Origin: Eledone cirrhosa
Lineage: Eukaryota
Assembly (NCBI GenBank): GCA_964016885.1
Contig: OZ024748.1
Location: 5,704,001-5,768,000 of the forward strand
Length of the DNA: 64,000 bases
Reading direction: 5' to 3'
This document shows positions 1 to 16,400 of this stretch, piece by piece. Under the pieces are notes generated by a model, which searched no databases, was not told the DNA's origin, and saw only the letters and a list, made by a program, of their open reading frames with translations. A program made the translations under genes and the position numbers. How positions within the stretch are numbered: position 1 is the stretch's first letter; each line of letters opens with the position of its first letter.

Positions 1-21
1 ATACATACATACCTACATACA

Positions 22-56
<35 letters not shown>

Positions 57-414
57 CAGAGTGTATAAAGAATGACATAAAAGCTTCATGATAGAATCGC
101 ACCAATTGAACAGTTAAAAGCACTGGCTGTCTTTGAGACTTGTATATGTATTTGAAATAAACTCTTCAGATCCTGACAAAAAGCCTGAGGTAGACGTGGT
201 ACGCTTTATGGCTCTATGCAGTAGTAACCTTTGTACTCTGCTATACATAAGAAATGTAACGAAATGTACACAGACATGGACGCATATACATACATCAGAC
301 ACACACATATACCGTCTATTCTTTCTCGGTCGTTGTTCTGATTTCAGATTTTTTTTATCCCTGCTTACTTACGTATACGCACACAGACACACACATACAC
401 AGACACAGACACAG

Positions 415-529
<115 letters not shown>

Positions 530-595
530 CATATATATACACATATATATGTACATATATACATACATGCATATCTATATCCATCTATCTACATA

Positions 596-626
<31 letters not shown>

Positions 627-634
627 GTATACGG

Positions 635-715
<81 letters not shown>

Positions 716-891
716 TGTCGATATATATATAGCAGCACACGCTGAAGAGAATAGTAGTTCCAGACGACAACATAGAAGTAAGAAAAGGGTAACTGTGAAA
801 GCAGTCACAACATTAACGCCTAACTATTTATATATACTCTGTAAAATCAAGAAAAATAACTACTACTAATACTACTAATACAAATAATACT

Positions 892-1104
892 AATTGTTTC
901 TGATTTAGGCACATGGTAAACATTTTGAAGGTGAGCAGGAAGTCGATTAAATCGACCCGAGTATGTTACTGGTGCTTTATATTATCGACCCCATAAGGAT
1001 GAAATGCAAAGCTAACCTCAACGGGATTTGAACTCAGAACGTAAAGGGTTGTAACTAAATGCCTCAAAGCATGTTCTTCGACGCTCTGCCGAACCAATCC
1101 ACCA
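892..1104 (-). mobile_element. tRNA-derived SINE (Meta/MESC-type core), older long variant
   Basis: Reverse complement of B box GAGTTCAAATCC and of the core (...TTTCATCCTTATGGGGTCGATAA...CCAG); homologous to other copies in the window. Confidence 0.75.
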
Positions 1105-1906
1105 TAATAAAATTAGTTATAATTATAAGGTGTAAATTTGTATATCCAACACCATCAATCTCAACACCAACTGTACACCTTTGATTCTGTTGTAGAAATG
1201 TCGGTCAATATGTGTGCTAGTAGTCGTAGACAGCTGGCAGGGGACATAATATACTCCGATGAACGAAATAACATTATGTTACTGGTATTTTCTTTTTCTT
1301 TTGTTGTTTTTTTTTCACTAAAATGGTTCTAACATAAATATAGTAACTAGGGATTTGCGATATTTTATTGTTACTTCACCTTCACGATAAAAATGTCGTT
1401 AACGAATTCATTATTTTTTTTCAAATCTGTGGATTAGATTTTTCAACTGGCAAATATAGAGACTTTTTATAGCAACATCTATAATGAAATAAAGTCTATT
1501 ATAATTGATTAATGGACAATTTTGTTGGACTTACTAAGATTATTAATTATTTCATTGGCATGATATTACATTAACATGTGGTTTATATATAAAGAGATGC
1601 TGGGAGATTTTGTATTTTAAAAGAAAGACATTGACATGCGCAGTGATGGATCATAGAACACCGGTTTTAGACAGATTTGTACCAAAAGGGAAGAGATGAT
1701 AAGTGTGTTTTTCTTAAGTCAAATAAAAGAAACTGGTCGTTCTGTCTATTAGAAAGTGTCCTCGTATCCTTAGTATCTTGACAAAGTATTCAGCACTGAA
1801 TGGCTTGTAAATACAGCTACCAAACACATAGATAATATATATCCGTTGGATTGTGTTTTGTTTTTTTCATGATGTATATAGTGGTTTATTTCATTTGAAA
1901 TATGAT

Positions 1907-2095
1907 AATTGTTTCTACTTTAGGCACAAGGCCAGAAATTATCCCAGTGCATTACTGGTACTTTATTTTATCGACCCCCGTAAGGATGAAAGGCAAAGTC
2001 AACCTCGGCGGGATTTGAACTCAGATTGTAAAGGGACGTAACTATGCTGGAAAGCATGGCGTCTGACCCTCTACTGATACTGCCAATCCACCGCC
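1907..2095 (-). mobile_element. tRNA-derived SINE, full length
   Basis: Head GGCGGTGGATTGGCAGTATC (A box), B box GAGTTCAAATCC, core GCCTTTCATCCTTACGGGGGTCGATAAAATAAAGTACCAG, tail GTAGAAACAATT. Confidence 0.88.
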
Positions 2096-2718
2096 TTTGA
2101 AATATGATAATGAAAGGGTTAAGTAATCATAGTGATGGCCTCCCCATAGACCGGCGGACAGAATGGAGAAGGCGTTTCTCTGGAGGATGGTAAGGGAGAT
2201 GTGGATTGTGATTATGTGGAGGGTGATGGTGGCTGTGCATATAATAAAAGTTGTGTTGATAATATGATGTTGATGCTGCTGGTGTTTGTGATGGCGATGA
2301 AGATACTGATGATGATATTGATAATAGTGATGATAATGATGATAGCGATGTCGATGATGACGATGATGATGGTGATGATGACGATGACGATGACGATGAT
2401 GATGATGATGATACTGATGATGATGATGACGATGATGCCGATGATGATGGTGATCATGACGAAGATGACGATGATGATGCTAATGATGATGATGATGTCG
2501 TTCTTTATGTGTATGGTGTGACTATGAAGAGGTAACGAGGTTGTATCTGACACAAGCCATTACTATAACCATGGAGAGCCTGGCACCGTGTCTAAATTAT
2601 TCAAGATTACGTAAATACATACAGATCACATACATCATATATACTTGTATATAGTGACACATTCTTGCTTCAGCCGTCAGCAGAGAAAAAAATATACATC
2701 GAAATATATATATATATA

Positions 2719-2893
2719 ACGAAGGAAATGTGGTAAGCAACCAGGTGGACCATAACGCACCAAAATACTCAATACTTAGGGTAGTAGAGTGGGTAATAGG
2801 AACGAGTAGGACCCCGACGGCTGAGCTCAAGCCGTTTCGACGGCTAATTATGGACTTTTTATCTTGAGCTCAGCCGTCGGTGTCCTACTCGTT

Positions 2894-2898
<5 letters not shown>
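2719..2898 (-). mobile_element. Short (TA)n-flanked fold-back element, family A copy 1 (probable truncated/inverted PLE pLTR)
   Basis: Inverted arms 2796-2831 and 2863-2898; close paralogue of 6830-7038 with the same termini; contains GTTTCG. Confidence 0.65.
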
Positions 2899-2946
<48 letters not shown>

Positions 2947-2989
2947 GTATTATGAATATACTATGAATAGTTTATATATATATATATAT

Positions 2990-3056
<67 letters not shown>

Positions 3057-3096
3057 TAAAACCCCCGGTCTTCCCACCGTGGGCTATATATATTAA

Positions 3097-3287
3097 CAGA
3101 TTCAGGACCCAGACAGCTTTGCTCCGGCCGTTTCGACAGCTAGATCCGAACTCAGTTCGGATCTAGCTGTCGAAACGGCCGGAGCTCAGCCGTCGGCGCC
3201 CTGAATCTTTTCATATTACCCACTCTACTACCCCAAGTATAGAGTACTCTGGTGGGTTATGGTCTAGCTTGTTTTCAACACACCCTA

Positions 3288-3292
<5 letters not shown>
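3097..3292 (+). mobile_element. Short (TA)n-flanked fold-back element, family B (related to family A)
   Basis: Inverted arms ~3098-3151 and 3153-3208 centred on GAACT-C-AGTTC. The long arm shares TACCCACTCTACTACC.CAAGTAT.GAGTACT.TGGTG.GTTATGGTC with the reverse complement of family A. Confidence 0.65.
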
Positions 3293-3325
<33 letters not shown>

Positions 3326-4716
3326 AGGTGTGTGTGTGTCTAAGAAAGATTGACACACGGACAGATAAATAGATACTTATTCTCGAACACTTAAACCCTA
3401 TCATGTCACAAAATTCTTCAGGTTGGGTTATCTGCCTCTACTGTTCAAACGTAACAGTTTCTCTATATACAGCTAACTGTGTCATATTTGTGACATTCGA
3501 AGTTAATTCATTCATAGATGAATATCAAATCTTCTCATGAGACACGTTTGATGTTAGATAAACCTAAGTTTTTTTTATTAGTAATATGTACATGAAATAA
3601 TTAGACTAATTTCTCTGAGACTATGTTGTTCTCACGTTCTAATTAAATGGAATTCGGCCAGTAATATTTTTGTAATTTGGTTGACTAATTGTTAATACTG
3701 CAGTTTTTGTGTGTAAAAACCCATTCCCTCTGATCAGTTCAGAATGCTTAGGGTTATTCTTTCTTCCCCCGGAATACTGGTAACTTTCCCTCTGCACCAT
3801 AACTTACAGGATCACTATCCGAAACCGCGAATGATACCTCTGTGCATCGTACAAATCTCCACACCCTCCACCTCTAAAGCTGCATAATCCTAATAATGTC
3901 CCCCATCTCCCCACTAAGGTGTTTCTGTGAACAGTAATCCCTTGGTGAAATCATCCAGTTTCTCTCTACTTAACAGCATTTTAAAATTCGAATCCTTTAC
4001 AGGAATATACTCCTATCTTTGAAAACCTTCAGACATAATCTCCCTTGTAATATCTCAACACCTTAAATCCTTCAAGCTCTATTTTCAGTAATGATCACCA
4101 ATAAGTTTTCTGTATAGAGATATCGAAGTGTGACCCACAATCCCATACCACAGATCAGTCATTTCTTTCCCAAGGTAAAATTGTTTGAAAAACATTTTAA
4201 TGCCCTAGAAATTAAAATGATTTAATAATACATTACTTACTCTAGAAGTAAGATGTTGCCTGTCTTGCGATTCTCAGGATTGAAAAGAATTTGATAATAT
4301 TTGATGTAATAGGTTGGTTCTTGTGTCGACAGTTAAATTCGTCTACACTGGCGTGTTACTTATTTTTAGCAATCTAGACATTGCTTGGCTGAGAGATGAA
4401 TGCTATTCAAAGTTTCAATATGTTATATGTAAGCCATGGAGTTTCTCTTATCGCATAGGTCTTACCTAGCGACATTGATCTAAAGCATTTTCTGTGTTGT
4501 TTTTGTGTTGTATTTCTTATGTTTCTATCCTTAGCATTGGGTCAAAGGCATAGAGTGTCTGGTTAAGTTAATTTCGGCAAGTGGTATAGAGAAATGTTAA
4601 CTCATATCAACCTTTGAACCAGGCAGACAAATCACGCATATAGCAAATATGTAACAGAATATAGAATACACGGTATAGATAGTGAAACACTGAGACCAAT
4701 CGATCTTTTCTCTCTC

Positions 4717-4764
<48 letters not shown>

Positions 4765-4765
4765 C

Positions 4766-4812
<47 letters not shown>

Positions 4813-5609
4813 TGTATGTATGTATCAATATACATACATATATTCATATGAAATGGAGAAAGAAGCAGAGAAATATGTCGATATATAAATTGATTGGTAT
4901 AAAACCACATGAATACATAGACATATACATACACAAACGTGCGTACACCATACCTGCTTGTGACTGCGTATGCATATAAATACACACACACACAACACAC
5001 AAGTATATATATATATATATATATCTGTGCCCTTAGATTCATATGCACACACAATCACAAACAGGTATATATATCTGTGTGTGTGCATATATTCATATAC
5101 ACGCGCTATCACAAGCAGATATATACACACACATATATATATATATATCATTTTAAAGGAAAACAATTAATAACCCCTAGTATATGATATAACTACCTAG
5201 TATATGATATACAGGTATGTAAACGTAGAAAAATATAATGAAGGATTGCTATATTAGTTTAAGTGTATGGATTTCCCTCAAGTAGAAAATATATTTAAAT
5301 CTACACACTAACACCTTTTCCCCACATACTTTACGCTTTTTATTCAATGTTTTAATTTATACAGTGATCATATTTTATAAACTCCAGCAATTATTGAAAC
5401 TGAAAGATTTACAGAGAATAATAAGAAATCTTAGAGTAAATATAGAACACGAGATCTTAATCAAAACAAATAAACGTATAATATTGCAGTAATTTAGTGT
5501 TTTATTTTAGAATAATATTAAATGTGAGGATAGCTTGGATTGTACAACAATTTTATATAAACTGACGATACACACACACACACACATTCACACACACGCA
5601 CTCACACAG

Positions 5610-5685
<76 letters not shown>

Positions 5686-6192
5686 GTCAATGTGTACATA
5701 TAGGCATAAGGAAATAGCTGATGATGCTTATGTTATGCTTACAATGTTACAATTCCATTCATTAAGCATTAAGAGTCAAAACAAACACTTAAGCTAAAAG
5801 CGGGAGGTTTTTCGATTTGACATTCACACACGTCTAATAAATCAATACGAAAATACGAAAAACTACAAAAAAAAAACAACAAAAAACACCCAACGGGTGT
5901 CTTTTTTTTTTTTTTTTTTTTTTTTTTGCAGCAATGTTCAGCCATTAAATTAGAGCAGCCATTTTCCCTCAATATTTTTCTTTCTTTTCGTTTGTATTTT
6001 AACTTTTTCTTATGCTGTTATCGAACAAGTTACTAGTAAGCATAAAACATGTGCTGGAGACAGAGCTGAATCTGCTGAAACGCCAGCTATTGCTTATATA
6101 TTGAAGTATATAAAACTGTTCTCTACACCACCATAACATTTGTAAGCGACTTCTTCTTCGTCTTCATTTTCTACTGCAACAAGACCACAAAC

Positions 6193-6204
6193 GCGGCCAT
6201 CTTG
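6193..6204 (-). promoter_or_regulatory. YY1-type motif (CAAGATGGCCGC) in a unique-sequence island
   Basis: GCGGCCATCTTG on the plus strand. Motif match only. Confidence 0.3.
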
Positions 6205-6502
6205 TTAGTTGTTATTAGTCAATGTTTTCACTCTACATCGTACATTAGCGAGATCTGATTTGTGTTGAGAGTAACGGAAACATCATGTTAGTTTAGGTCA
6301 TTAGTGTTCTCTTTCTTATTCCTGCTGTTGTTGTTGTTGTCTTTACTACGACTTCTTAGAAACTGATTCATTCAAACATATGACACACACATACACATGC
6401 ACATACACACACACAAACATATATATATATATGTGTATGTGTTTTTGTGCAAGTGTGCAATTATGTGTGTGTACATATGCAAATATATACATACACACAC
6501 AC

Positions 6503-6543
<41 letters not shown>

Positions 6544-6730
6544 CATATAAAAACATATGCACACAAAGTTTGTCGATGCACTAGGTACATATTCATATAT
6601 ACATACATTTCTAGATGAATTCAAAGAAGTGACACTCCAAATATAATTTCTTATAAAAGAAATCTACCCAATCCTGTAATTTCTTCTTCTGTGTCGATTA
6701 GCATCCATTATAGACGTATATATAAATGTG

Positions 6731-7038
<308 letters not shown>

Positions 7039-7600
7039 ATATATATATATACATTTCTCAATGTACCTATTTACATATTAATCTCTACATATCCATCTGT
7101 TCATCTGACTCTCTCTCTCTCACTCCCTTCTCTCTCTCTCTCTCTCTCTCTCATTCTCTGTGTATATATATATATTTATATATTTATATATATCTCTGTC
7201 TCGCTTATATTTTGAAACCTAGTGATTTGAAAGCTTCTTTGAATTATTAACTCTGATACCATAGTGAACTTTAGAACGCTTTTAACATAAAAGTGTTGCG
7301 AAAGATTTCCTTGCTTATCGATATAATAATCTTCAGCCTTTTCTACCACCAACACTAAGTAAGATCATAGATCAGAGACTAAAGGTGTTATACACAAAAT
7401 TTCAATAATAATACACTTATATAAATAATATAAATAAAAAAAAATCCAAAGATCATTCGTTTATACGGTGCATCAAAAAAAAAAACGAAGGAACGGAATA
7501 TATAGGGTGAGTGAAATTCTGGGGTTGTGTTTCCCATGCATGTCCCAAATTAATTGCTATTTGAGTAATTTAATACTAAAATGGCTATTTGTAGGCCTCA

Positions 7601-7785
7601 TGATTGGCAGTATCGGGTAGAGGGTCGGACGCGATGCTTTGACGTATAGAGTTACGTCCCTTGCTATTCTGAGTTCAAATCTCGCCGAGGTTAACTTTGC
7701 ATTTTATCCTTACGGGGGTCGATAAAATAAAGTACCAGTAATGCATTGGGTAATTGCTGGCCTTGTGCCAAAAGTAGAAACAATT
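7601..7785 (+). mobile_element. tRNA-derived SINE
   Basis: A box TGGCAGTATCGG, B box GAGTTCAAATC, same core and tail as the other copies. Confidence 0.88.
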
Positions 7786-7855
7786 ATCTCTGTGCTCCGA
7801 ATTCAAATACAACTAAGTTCAATACTGGGGATGATTCTTCCTCTCTTTCTCCCCC

Positions 7856-8702
<847 letters not shown>

Positions 8703-8993
8703 TATATAAATATATAAATATATAAATATATATATATATATCATCAAATCATCAAATCATATCTTACATAATTCTTCTTTACGCAGCAATACGAATTCTT
8801 CTTAAAGGGGTTACTAATCCACTCGTATTACAATATGTTACATTATATTATATTACAAACTATGTCCACATAACTTCTATTATATTTCAAAGATTTGCTT
8901 CATAACAAATTTTCTTTATCAATCTATGTGACATTCAATATATGAAAGAATTGAAAAATAGAATTTTTTCTTCTCCGTGTCTGTCTCGCCCTG

Positions 8994-9101
<108 letters not shown>

Positions 9102-9110
9102 AATACATAT

Positions 9111-9282
<172 letters not shown>

Positions 9283-9805
9283 ATATATATATATATGACC
9301 ACATTCTCTCCCTCTCGCTTTACGTATGACTAATCCTCTTACTATCTCTCTTTCTCTATCCCTCTCACTGTATATATCTCTTACTCTTTCTCTCTCTCTC
9401 CCACCCTCACTCTGTCTCCCTCTCACTGTATGCATCTCTTACCCTGTCTCTCTCTCTCTCTCACTCCATCTCTAATACTCTCTCTTACTGTTTTCTCATT
9501 ATTTTCCTGTCTCTGTTTATTTATACGAGTCTATCCCTCTGTTCGGATGTATCGTGTCTATGATAATATGAGTGTGTTTATAATGTGTTAGTATGTGTGA
9601 GCATTTTTACGTGTGGTTTGGTATATGTGTGTGCTTATGCTTCACTTGACTGTACACGAACACACACACACACACGCTCATATATACATATATATATATT
9701 TGTGTGTATGGATATATATATATATGTGTGTGTATATATATATGTGTGTGTGTGTGCGCGCGCGTTTGTGTGTGTATAGTCAAGTATACACATATACACA
9801 GACAC

Positions 9806-9889
<84 letters not shown>

Positions 9890-10399
9890 ATGTATGTGCA
9901 TTTGTATGTATATGGGTGTGCCTACTTGTGTCTATATATCTGTTTGTACGTGAATGTATCTGTGTGTATGAGTGGTTCGTTCAAGCGTGAAATACAAGAT
10001 AACGCCATGATGGGAAACCAGCTTAAAGTGTGCATTGATTTCGATAGTCTCATGGGTGCAATTCCTTGTTATACACCACCCTTCTCTCATGACACGGATG
10101 GATAGTTTCACTTCTGTTTTTTTTTTCTTTATATTTTCTTTTTGTCATTATTTCAATTGTTGTTGTTATATTTGTCGTCATATTTTCTCTCTATACTTTT
10201 TTTTATCTAATATTTTAATGTAATCTTTTCTTGTTTCCACCGTTTTTTATAAACATATTTGGTATTTTATGTTATATATATTTTGATATTTTCCTCTTTT
10301 CTTTGTTTGTTTCTTTCATTATTCGTTTTCTTCATTCAATTTTCATTTTGTTCTTGTTTATTACAGTTTCTACGAAGACGTGATTAGCAAAAGAATACA

Positions 10400-10945
10400 T
10401 GGTCGCTTGACCTGTTAAAAATAACAGCCGAATCTTCCTTCCAATCAAATCCAATCCACTCAGCGTTAATCAAGAAAGGACACATTGTATAATGTAGCTA
10501 AATATTCATAAAATACAGTTTGGCAAGGACAGGACTATGTTTGTCTACATGTCTGATATTTTAGGATAGATTTGCTCGATATCAGAAAACGTATAGAAAG
10601 AGGAGCCAAACTTTTCCTTACCTCAAACCCAAACAGTCTTAACGATGACAGACCTGTTGTTTAATGTATTCCTAGATGCCCATAAAATGACGTAATGCTT
10701 ATGGCTTCAGAACCTTTGGTTTACCTCGGTGAACTAAATCTGGTCTGGGGCGAATAAACAATAAGCATAAAGTAGAAGCGAAAATATTGCCTCAAATAAA
10801 ATGAAATATCTACAGAATTAAGCTGGGAAGGACACGTATGAACCATTCTCAGATTCCAATAAATAGAGTTAATGGTTAGCTGTGATCATATTTTATCTGG
10901 TTCGGTCTTGACCAAGGTAGAAACAAAAAGAACAGAAACAACAGC
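10400..10945. repeat. Degenerate interspersed repeat in several partial tandem units (related pieces near 12030-12130 and 28100-28330)
   Basis: Recurrent GACCTG(T/C)TA(A/G)AAATA(A/G)CAGCC(A/G)AAT-like motif with similar downstream blocks. Confidence 0.4.
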
Positions 10946-11466
10946 CAAATTCTTGCTGAGATAATACGATCAGAGTCCGAGAATATTAAAAATAATTTTA
11001 GAATAAAGAGAGATCAAATATTCAGCGAAGGGGGGAGATGATAATTTTATTAACGATTCATTAATTAGCCAAAAAATGATAGATAGTAGCTTCTACCATA
11101 ATCACTGATTATCTCATCTCTCTCTCTCCTCTCTCTCTTTCCACCCTCTATCTCTTTTCTATATATATGTATATATATATATATAATTTTCTTACGTATG
11201 TCTGTATATATATATATGCACACACACACACATATATATATATGTATGTATATATATACATGCATACACAGTCTCATATATAGATGATGCACACACATAC
11301 AAATATATAGAATATTTAGTTATATAACGGCCGATAGATCGATTGTAACTTAATAAATTCACAAAAGACGCCGTAGTTAATAATCTACAAACATATATAT
11401 ATGATTCTAACAATAACTGACTTCAAATAAACAGACAAATAAATATTATTATTATTATTATTTCTG

Positions 11467-11655
11467 GGCGGTGGATGGCTGTATCGGTAGAGGGTCTGAC
11501 GCCATGCTTTGCAACAAAGAGTTACGGCCCTTGCCATTCTGAGTTCAAATCCAGCCGAGGTTAACTTTGCCTGTCATCCTTACGGGGTCGATAAAATAAA
11601 GTACCAGTAATACACTGGGATAATTGCTGGCCTTGTACCAAAAGTAGAAACAATT
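11467..11655 (+). mobile_element. tRNA-derived SINE, full length, with (ATT)n tail and flank
   Basis: Same family; ends AAAGTAGAAACAATTATTATT. Confidence 0.88.
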
Positions 11656-11743
11656 ATTATTATTTCTGTTGGTGTTGTTGTTGTTGTAAATTTAAATCTA
11701 TTAATGAGAGTTAAAGTAAAATAAAACATAACATACACTAGAA

Positions 11744-12031
11744 CAGTGGTTTGCAATGTTCTACATAATGTGGAAGCCTTGAAATAGACAAGGGCGATAA
11801 TACAAGAGTTTTTTTAAATTTTATTAAATCTCTACAAATTTATGAATATGTTCAAAACTATTTCAAAATTTTGGGATCGGGTTTTCATAAAGACATTAAC
11901 ACAGGAGTTAAAGATTACAGTGGTGTTATGTGATGGAGATTTCGATATGATTTGTAGTAGATCTAGCAGACTGGGAGATTCCCAGACAATATTGGATCCT
12001 ATAATAATCAGATAAGTGTTGAAATACCGTG
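11744..12031. mobile_element. Possible old hAT (Charlie-like) MITE
   Basis: Degenerate termini CAGTGGTTTGCAA ... TTGAAATACCGTG with a CTAGA-type left flank. Confidence 0.3.
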
Positions 12032-12318
12032 AACTGACTGCCTACAAAATAGCAATCATATGGCCATGATCATCTGCCCTTGATAAGATAGGAAAGACAT
12101 TTAGATATCACGTTAAACGCATCTGGTAGTAGAATAGTAAAAATCCATCAAAACTCTATTAGGATATCTTCTTAACACACCTTATTGACAACAGCACACA
12201 AGGAAAGAAAGAAACTAATCCACACACACAGAGACTCAGATATATACACCCAAACAATCACACATGCATATACACAGATACAGATACGTCCACACACCCA
12301 AACATCTCTCTCTATCTA

Positions 12319-12410
<92 letters not shown>

Positions 12411-12532
12411 CATACCAAATTTAAACAACCAAATACACACATATACGCTAATCTTGAAAATGACTAGGTGACTGCATTTCAATCTAACAGGAAATTGAGT
12501 TAGCTTATTTATCATCACGAGATCGAATCCAA

Positions 12533-12585
<53 letters not shown>

Positions 12586-12594
12586 GATATATAT

Positions 12595-12771
12595 ATATTA
12601 GAATATAAATATTAATGAAATAGATGTTCTTTTGATCAATTACATTTTATTATACATATTTTATTAATATTTATATTCTAATATTAATAACTCCGGAAAA
12701 ATATTTCTCGCAGAGTGCTTCCAATCTACTGTAAAACTCATTCTTTGATATACTCATTTTGTTTAACTCTT

Positions 12772-12776
<5 letters not shown>
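12595..12776. mobile_element. AT-rich asymmetric fold-back fragment between (TA)n tracts
   Basis: ATATTAGAATATAAATATTAAT (12595-12616) and its exact reverse complement (12663-12684); the right arm continues to the next TA tract. Confidence 0.4.
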
Positions 12777-12844
<68 letters not shown>

Positions 12845-12967
12845 TGATACGTCTTTTATTCGGATATATGGCTTAAATTAAATCCATATTGTTAATTATA
12901 AAATCTAACCGTGTGAAACGGACACACGGATATATATGTATAAATATATATCGGGGTTAAACATTTT

Positions 12968-13018
<51 letters not shown>

Positions 13019-14934
13019 GTATATATATGTATATATATATATGTATATATATATATATAAACATATACACATACAGTGATTAATCTAAGGTAAACACTGA
13101 AGTAGTTTATTGGAGGTTGTGATTGTGTAAATGTAAACTATGAAGTGTTTACACTGTGGATTGTTGTAATAAGGAGGGAATGGAGGAGGAGGAGGAGGAG
13201 GGGGGGGGGGGGAGAAAACAAACAAGAAATATATAAACAACAAAGAACAAATATATATATATATAGAAGAAGAAGAAGAATATGATGATGATGATGATGA
13301 TAATGGTGATGATTAAGAGGAAGGAGAAGAAGAGGGGATATAATGGAAGGAAGGAAGGAAGGAAGAAAAAGGAAAGAAAACAAAGAGAGAAAGAAAGAAA
13401 GTAAGAAAGAAAGAGAGAAAGCAAGAAAGTGAGAAAGAGAGAAAGCAAGAAAGAGAGAAAGAAAGAAAGGAATAAAAGACATTAATTACCAGTTCGACAG
13501 GATGTTTTTATAAAGGAAATGGTTAAAGATCACAGATTAAATTAACTGATAGATTCTTAATGACTTCGCTAAATTGATTCTATTGGTCGATAAATTACGC
13601 GACTAGACCAAACTTTCACATGCCTCCTAACCTTCAATTCCGGTGGAGCTATATCCACTAACAACCAATGTATTTAGTTATGTTGACTAAATACTGTTCT
13701 GTTAGTAAATAATGTGTAGGTGGCGCTGATGGTGGTATTGGAGGTGTTGGTGGTGGTGTCGTTGTTGAGGTTGGTGCTTGTTGTGGCGAAGGTTTCGGTG
13801 ATGGCGGTGCTTCTTCGGGATCATTTCGAGATCGATTATTTATATATCGATATACACAATATATATATATGTATAGATACACAATATATATATATATATA
13901 TATGTGTGTATGTGTGTGTGTGCTTGTGTGTGTGTGTGCGTGTGTGTGTGTGTATACATACATATTTACGATTGCGCATGTGTGAGTGTATGAGAAAAGT
14001 AAACGGATAACACAAATAAATACAGTACAATGAAGTTATATATTCTTTTAACGTTTGATACAGAAGGTAAAATAATTTTCTACGTTGTCGTTAGGGCTTT
14101 CTAGAAGTACCAGTAATACAATAAGCTTCGATGTTGAAGCAGAGAACAGTAAGATAATGTAGTTCTGAGTAAAACATGTAAATAAAGAAGTATGTATGTA
14201 TAGAGCCGAAACTGCGGATGGATTTTGAGGTGTACCGTGGTGACTAAGTTACAAATACCGCAAAATGTTCAATACAATCTTCTAACACTTCGAAGACACT
14301 GTCCCAAGAAGAAGATTGGATTGTTCTGGTTACAACTGATAAAAGGTCTGTTCAGACAGGATTGGCATATGCAAATCAGCAAGATTAACAACAACTACGA
14401 TGACAAGAAAAACAAAAATAACAGTTAATACGATTGCTAGAACAAGAGATAAACCGATTGGGGGGGGGGGGCATTCCATTAATGGCCGTCCTCCTAGAAA
14501 TACCAGAACATTCCTCAAATCACAGTTTTTGGAAATACAGAGACACATATATTGCATAATTTCCTACAAGAAAGGTGACAGTGGGAGATATTGACTGGGA
14601 AACAGATAGAAAGGGAGAGAAAGAGACAAGGCGAGAGAGAATGAGAGAGAGCAATTATTTCCTTGAATGATAGATTAAACATTATCTCTTCGTCATCCTA
14701 CAATGAATGTTGATATTCACGAATCATTCATATCAGATTCAGTACTGGTCTCCTCTACCATCACTAAACAACAACAGCAAGAACAAAAAAATCATCAGGA
14801 AGGCCAATGATTTTTTATTGGAATGGAATAGATCTAGTCCTGTAGACACCATTTCTATATTAAACTTGATGTTTAAACTCTAGTAATGTATTGAGTACCT
14901 TACTTCCTGTAGTTACCCCCGATTGAATCCGGAA

Positions 14935-14982
<48 letters not shown>

Positions 14983-15506
14983 CACACACACAAATATATA
15001 TGTGTGTAGATTTGAACCCAATCATGCAAGCATTCTTGTATATATAGCCAGGATTCTAACCATACGCACATGAGTGCATACATACATATATATACGTTTA
15101 CACGCGCCTATCCATCTGTCAACACATACATATATCCACACTCACACATATATATCTATGTGTATGTAGGTAAGCTTGTTTCTCTACACCCACCCAGTCA
15201 TGTGTACACACATATCACATATATATATTACAAGCACACACATATACTCACATATACACACATATACGCGCGTGCTCAGGCTTACACTCAAATACACGCG
15301 ACGATCTGAAACAGCTAAAACTCTTACAATCACGTTCATACACAATAGTATAGAAACACAGACACACTCTTGATAACTGTACCCACTTACATTAAAGCAC
15401 ACACACACACACATATACACATACATACACTAGCAATTGTATACGAAAATATAGAACCACAGCCGTACACATATATGTACATTTACATAAATTGACACAC
15501 TCGGAT

Positions 15507-15613
<107 letters not shown>

Positions 15614-15713
15614 CTTATACACGGATCAACGAATATCTGTACCAGCCAGATCTCACTGTCAAACACTCACAATCTCCTTCACTAATATATACACAGTAAT
15701 TCATACTCACCCA

Positions 15714-16400
15714 TAGAGACGTTGTCACACTTTCTTATATACAATCTCCTTCACTAATTTATACACATTCACACTCACTCTCACTTATACAGACGTTGTC
15801 TCACTTTCTCATACACAAACACACACACAACCACATACTTTCTCACTCACTTCTATAGACGTTGTCTCACTTTCTCATACACAAACACTCACACAACCAC
15901 ACACAACCACACACTTATACAGACGTTGTCTCACTTTCTCATACACAAACACACACACAACCACACACAAGCAAACACTTTCTCACTTACTTATACAGAC
16001 GTTGTCTCACTTTCTCATACACAAACACACACACAACCACTCACTTTCTCATACACAAACACACACACAACCACACACTTTCTCACTCACTTATACAGAC
16101 GTTGTCTCACTTTCTCATACACAAACACACACACAACCAGACACAACCACTCACTTTCTCATACACAAACACACACACAACCACACACTTTCTCACTCAC
16201 TTATACAGACGTTGTCTCACTTTCTCATACACAAACACACACACAACCAGACACAACCACACACTTTCTCATACACAAACACACACACAACCACACACTT
16301 TCTCACTTACTTATACAGACGTTGTCTCACTTTCTCATACACAAACACACAACACACTTTCTCACTCATTCACACACACATACAAGACAGACGTCTCACT
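15714..16400. repeat. Modular minisatellite built from TTATACAGACGTTGTCTCACTTTCTCATACACAAACACACACACAACCAC sub-units; higher-order period 100-110 bp
   Basis: TTATACAGAC recurs at 15991, 16091, 16201 and 16311, and at shorter spacing upstream. Confidence 0.9.

Noticed and set aside
742-806. CTGAAGA...GAAA...GTC hammerhead-like spacing
   Set aside because: No stem I pairing and poor stem II and III; not distinguishable from chance.
1907-2095. tRNA gene calls at SINE heads
   Set aside because: A and B boxes are present but there is no cloverleaf, and they are followed by the SINE core and tail in many copies.
3720-4180. Possible decayed LINE fragment on the minus strand
   Set aside because: Only faint RTE-like peptide hints with many stops; cannot be supported without a search.
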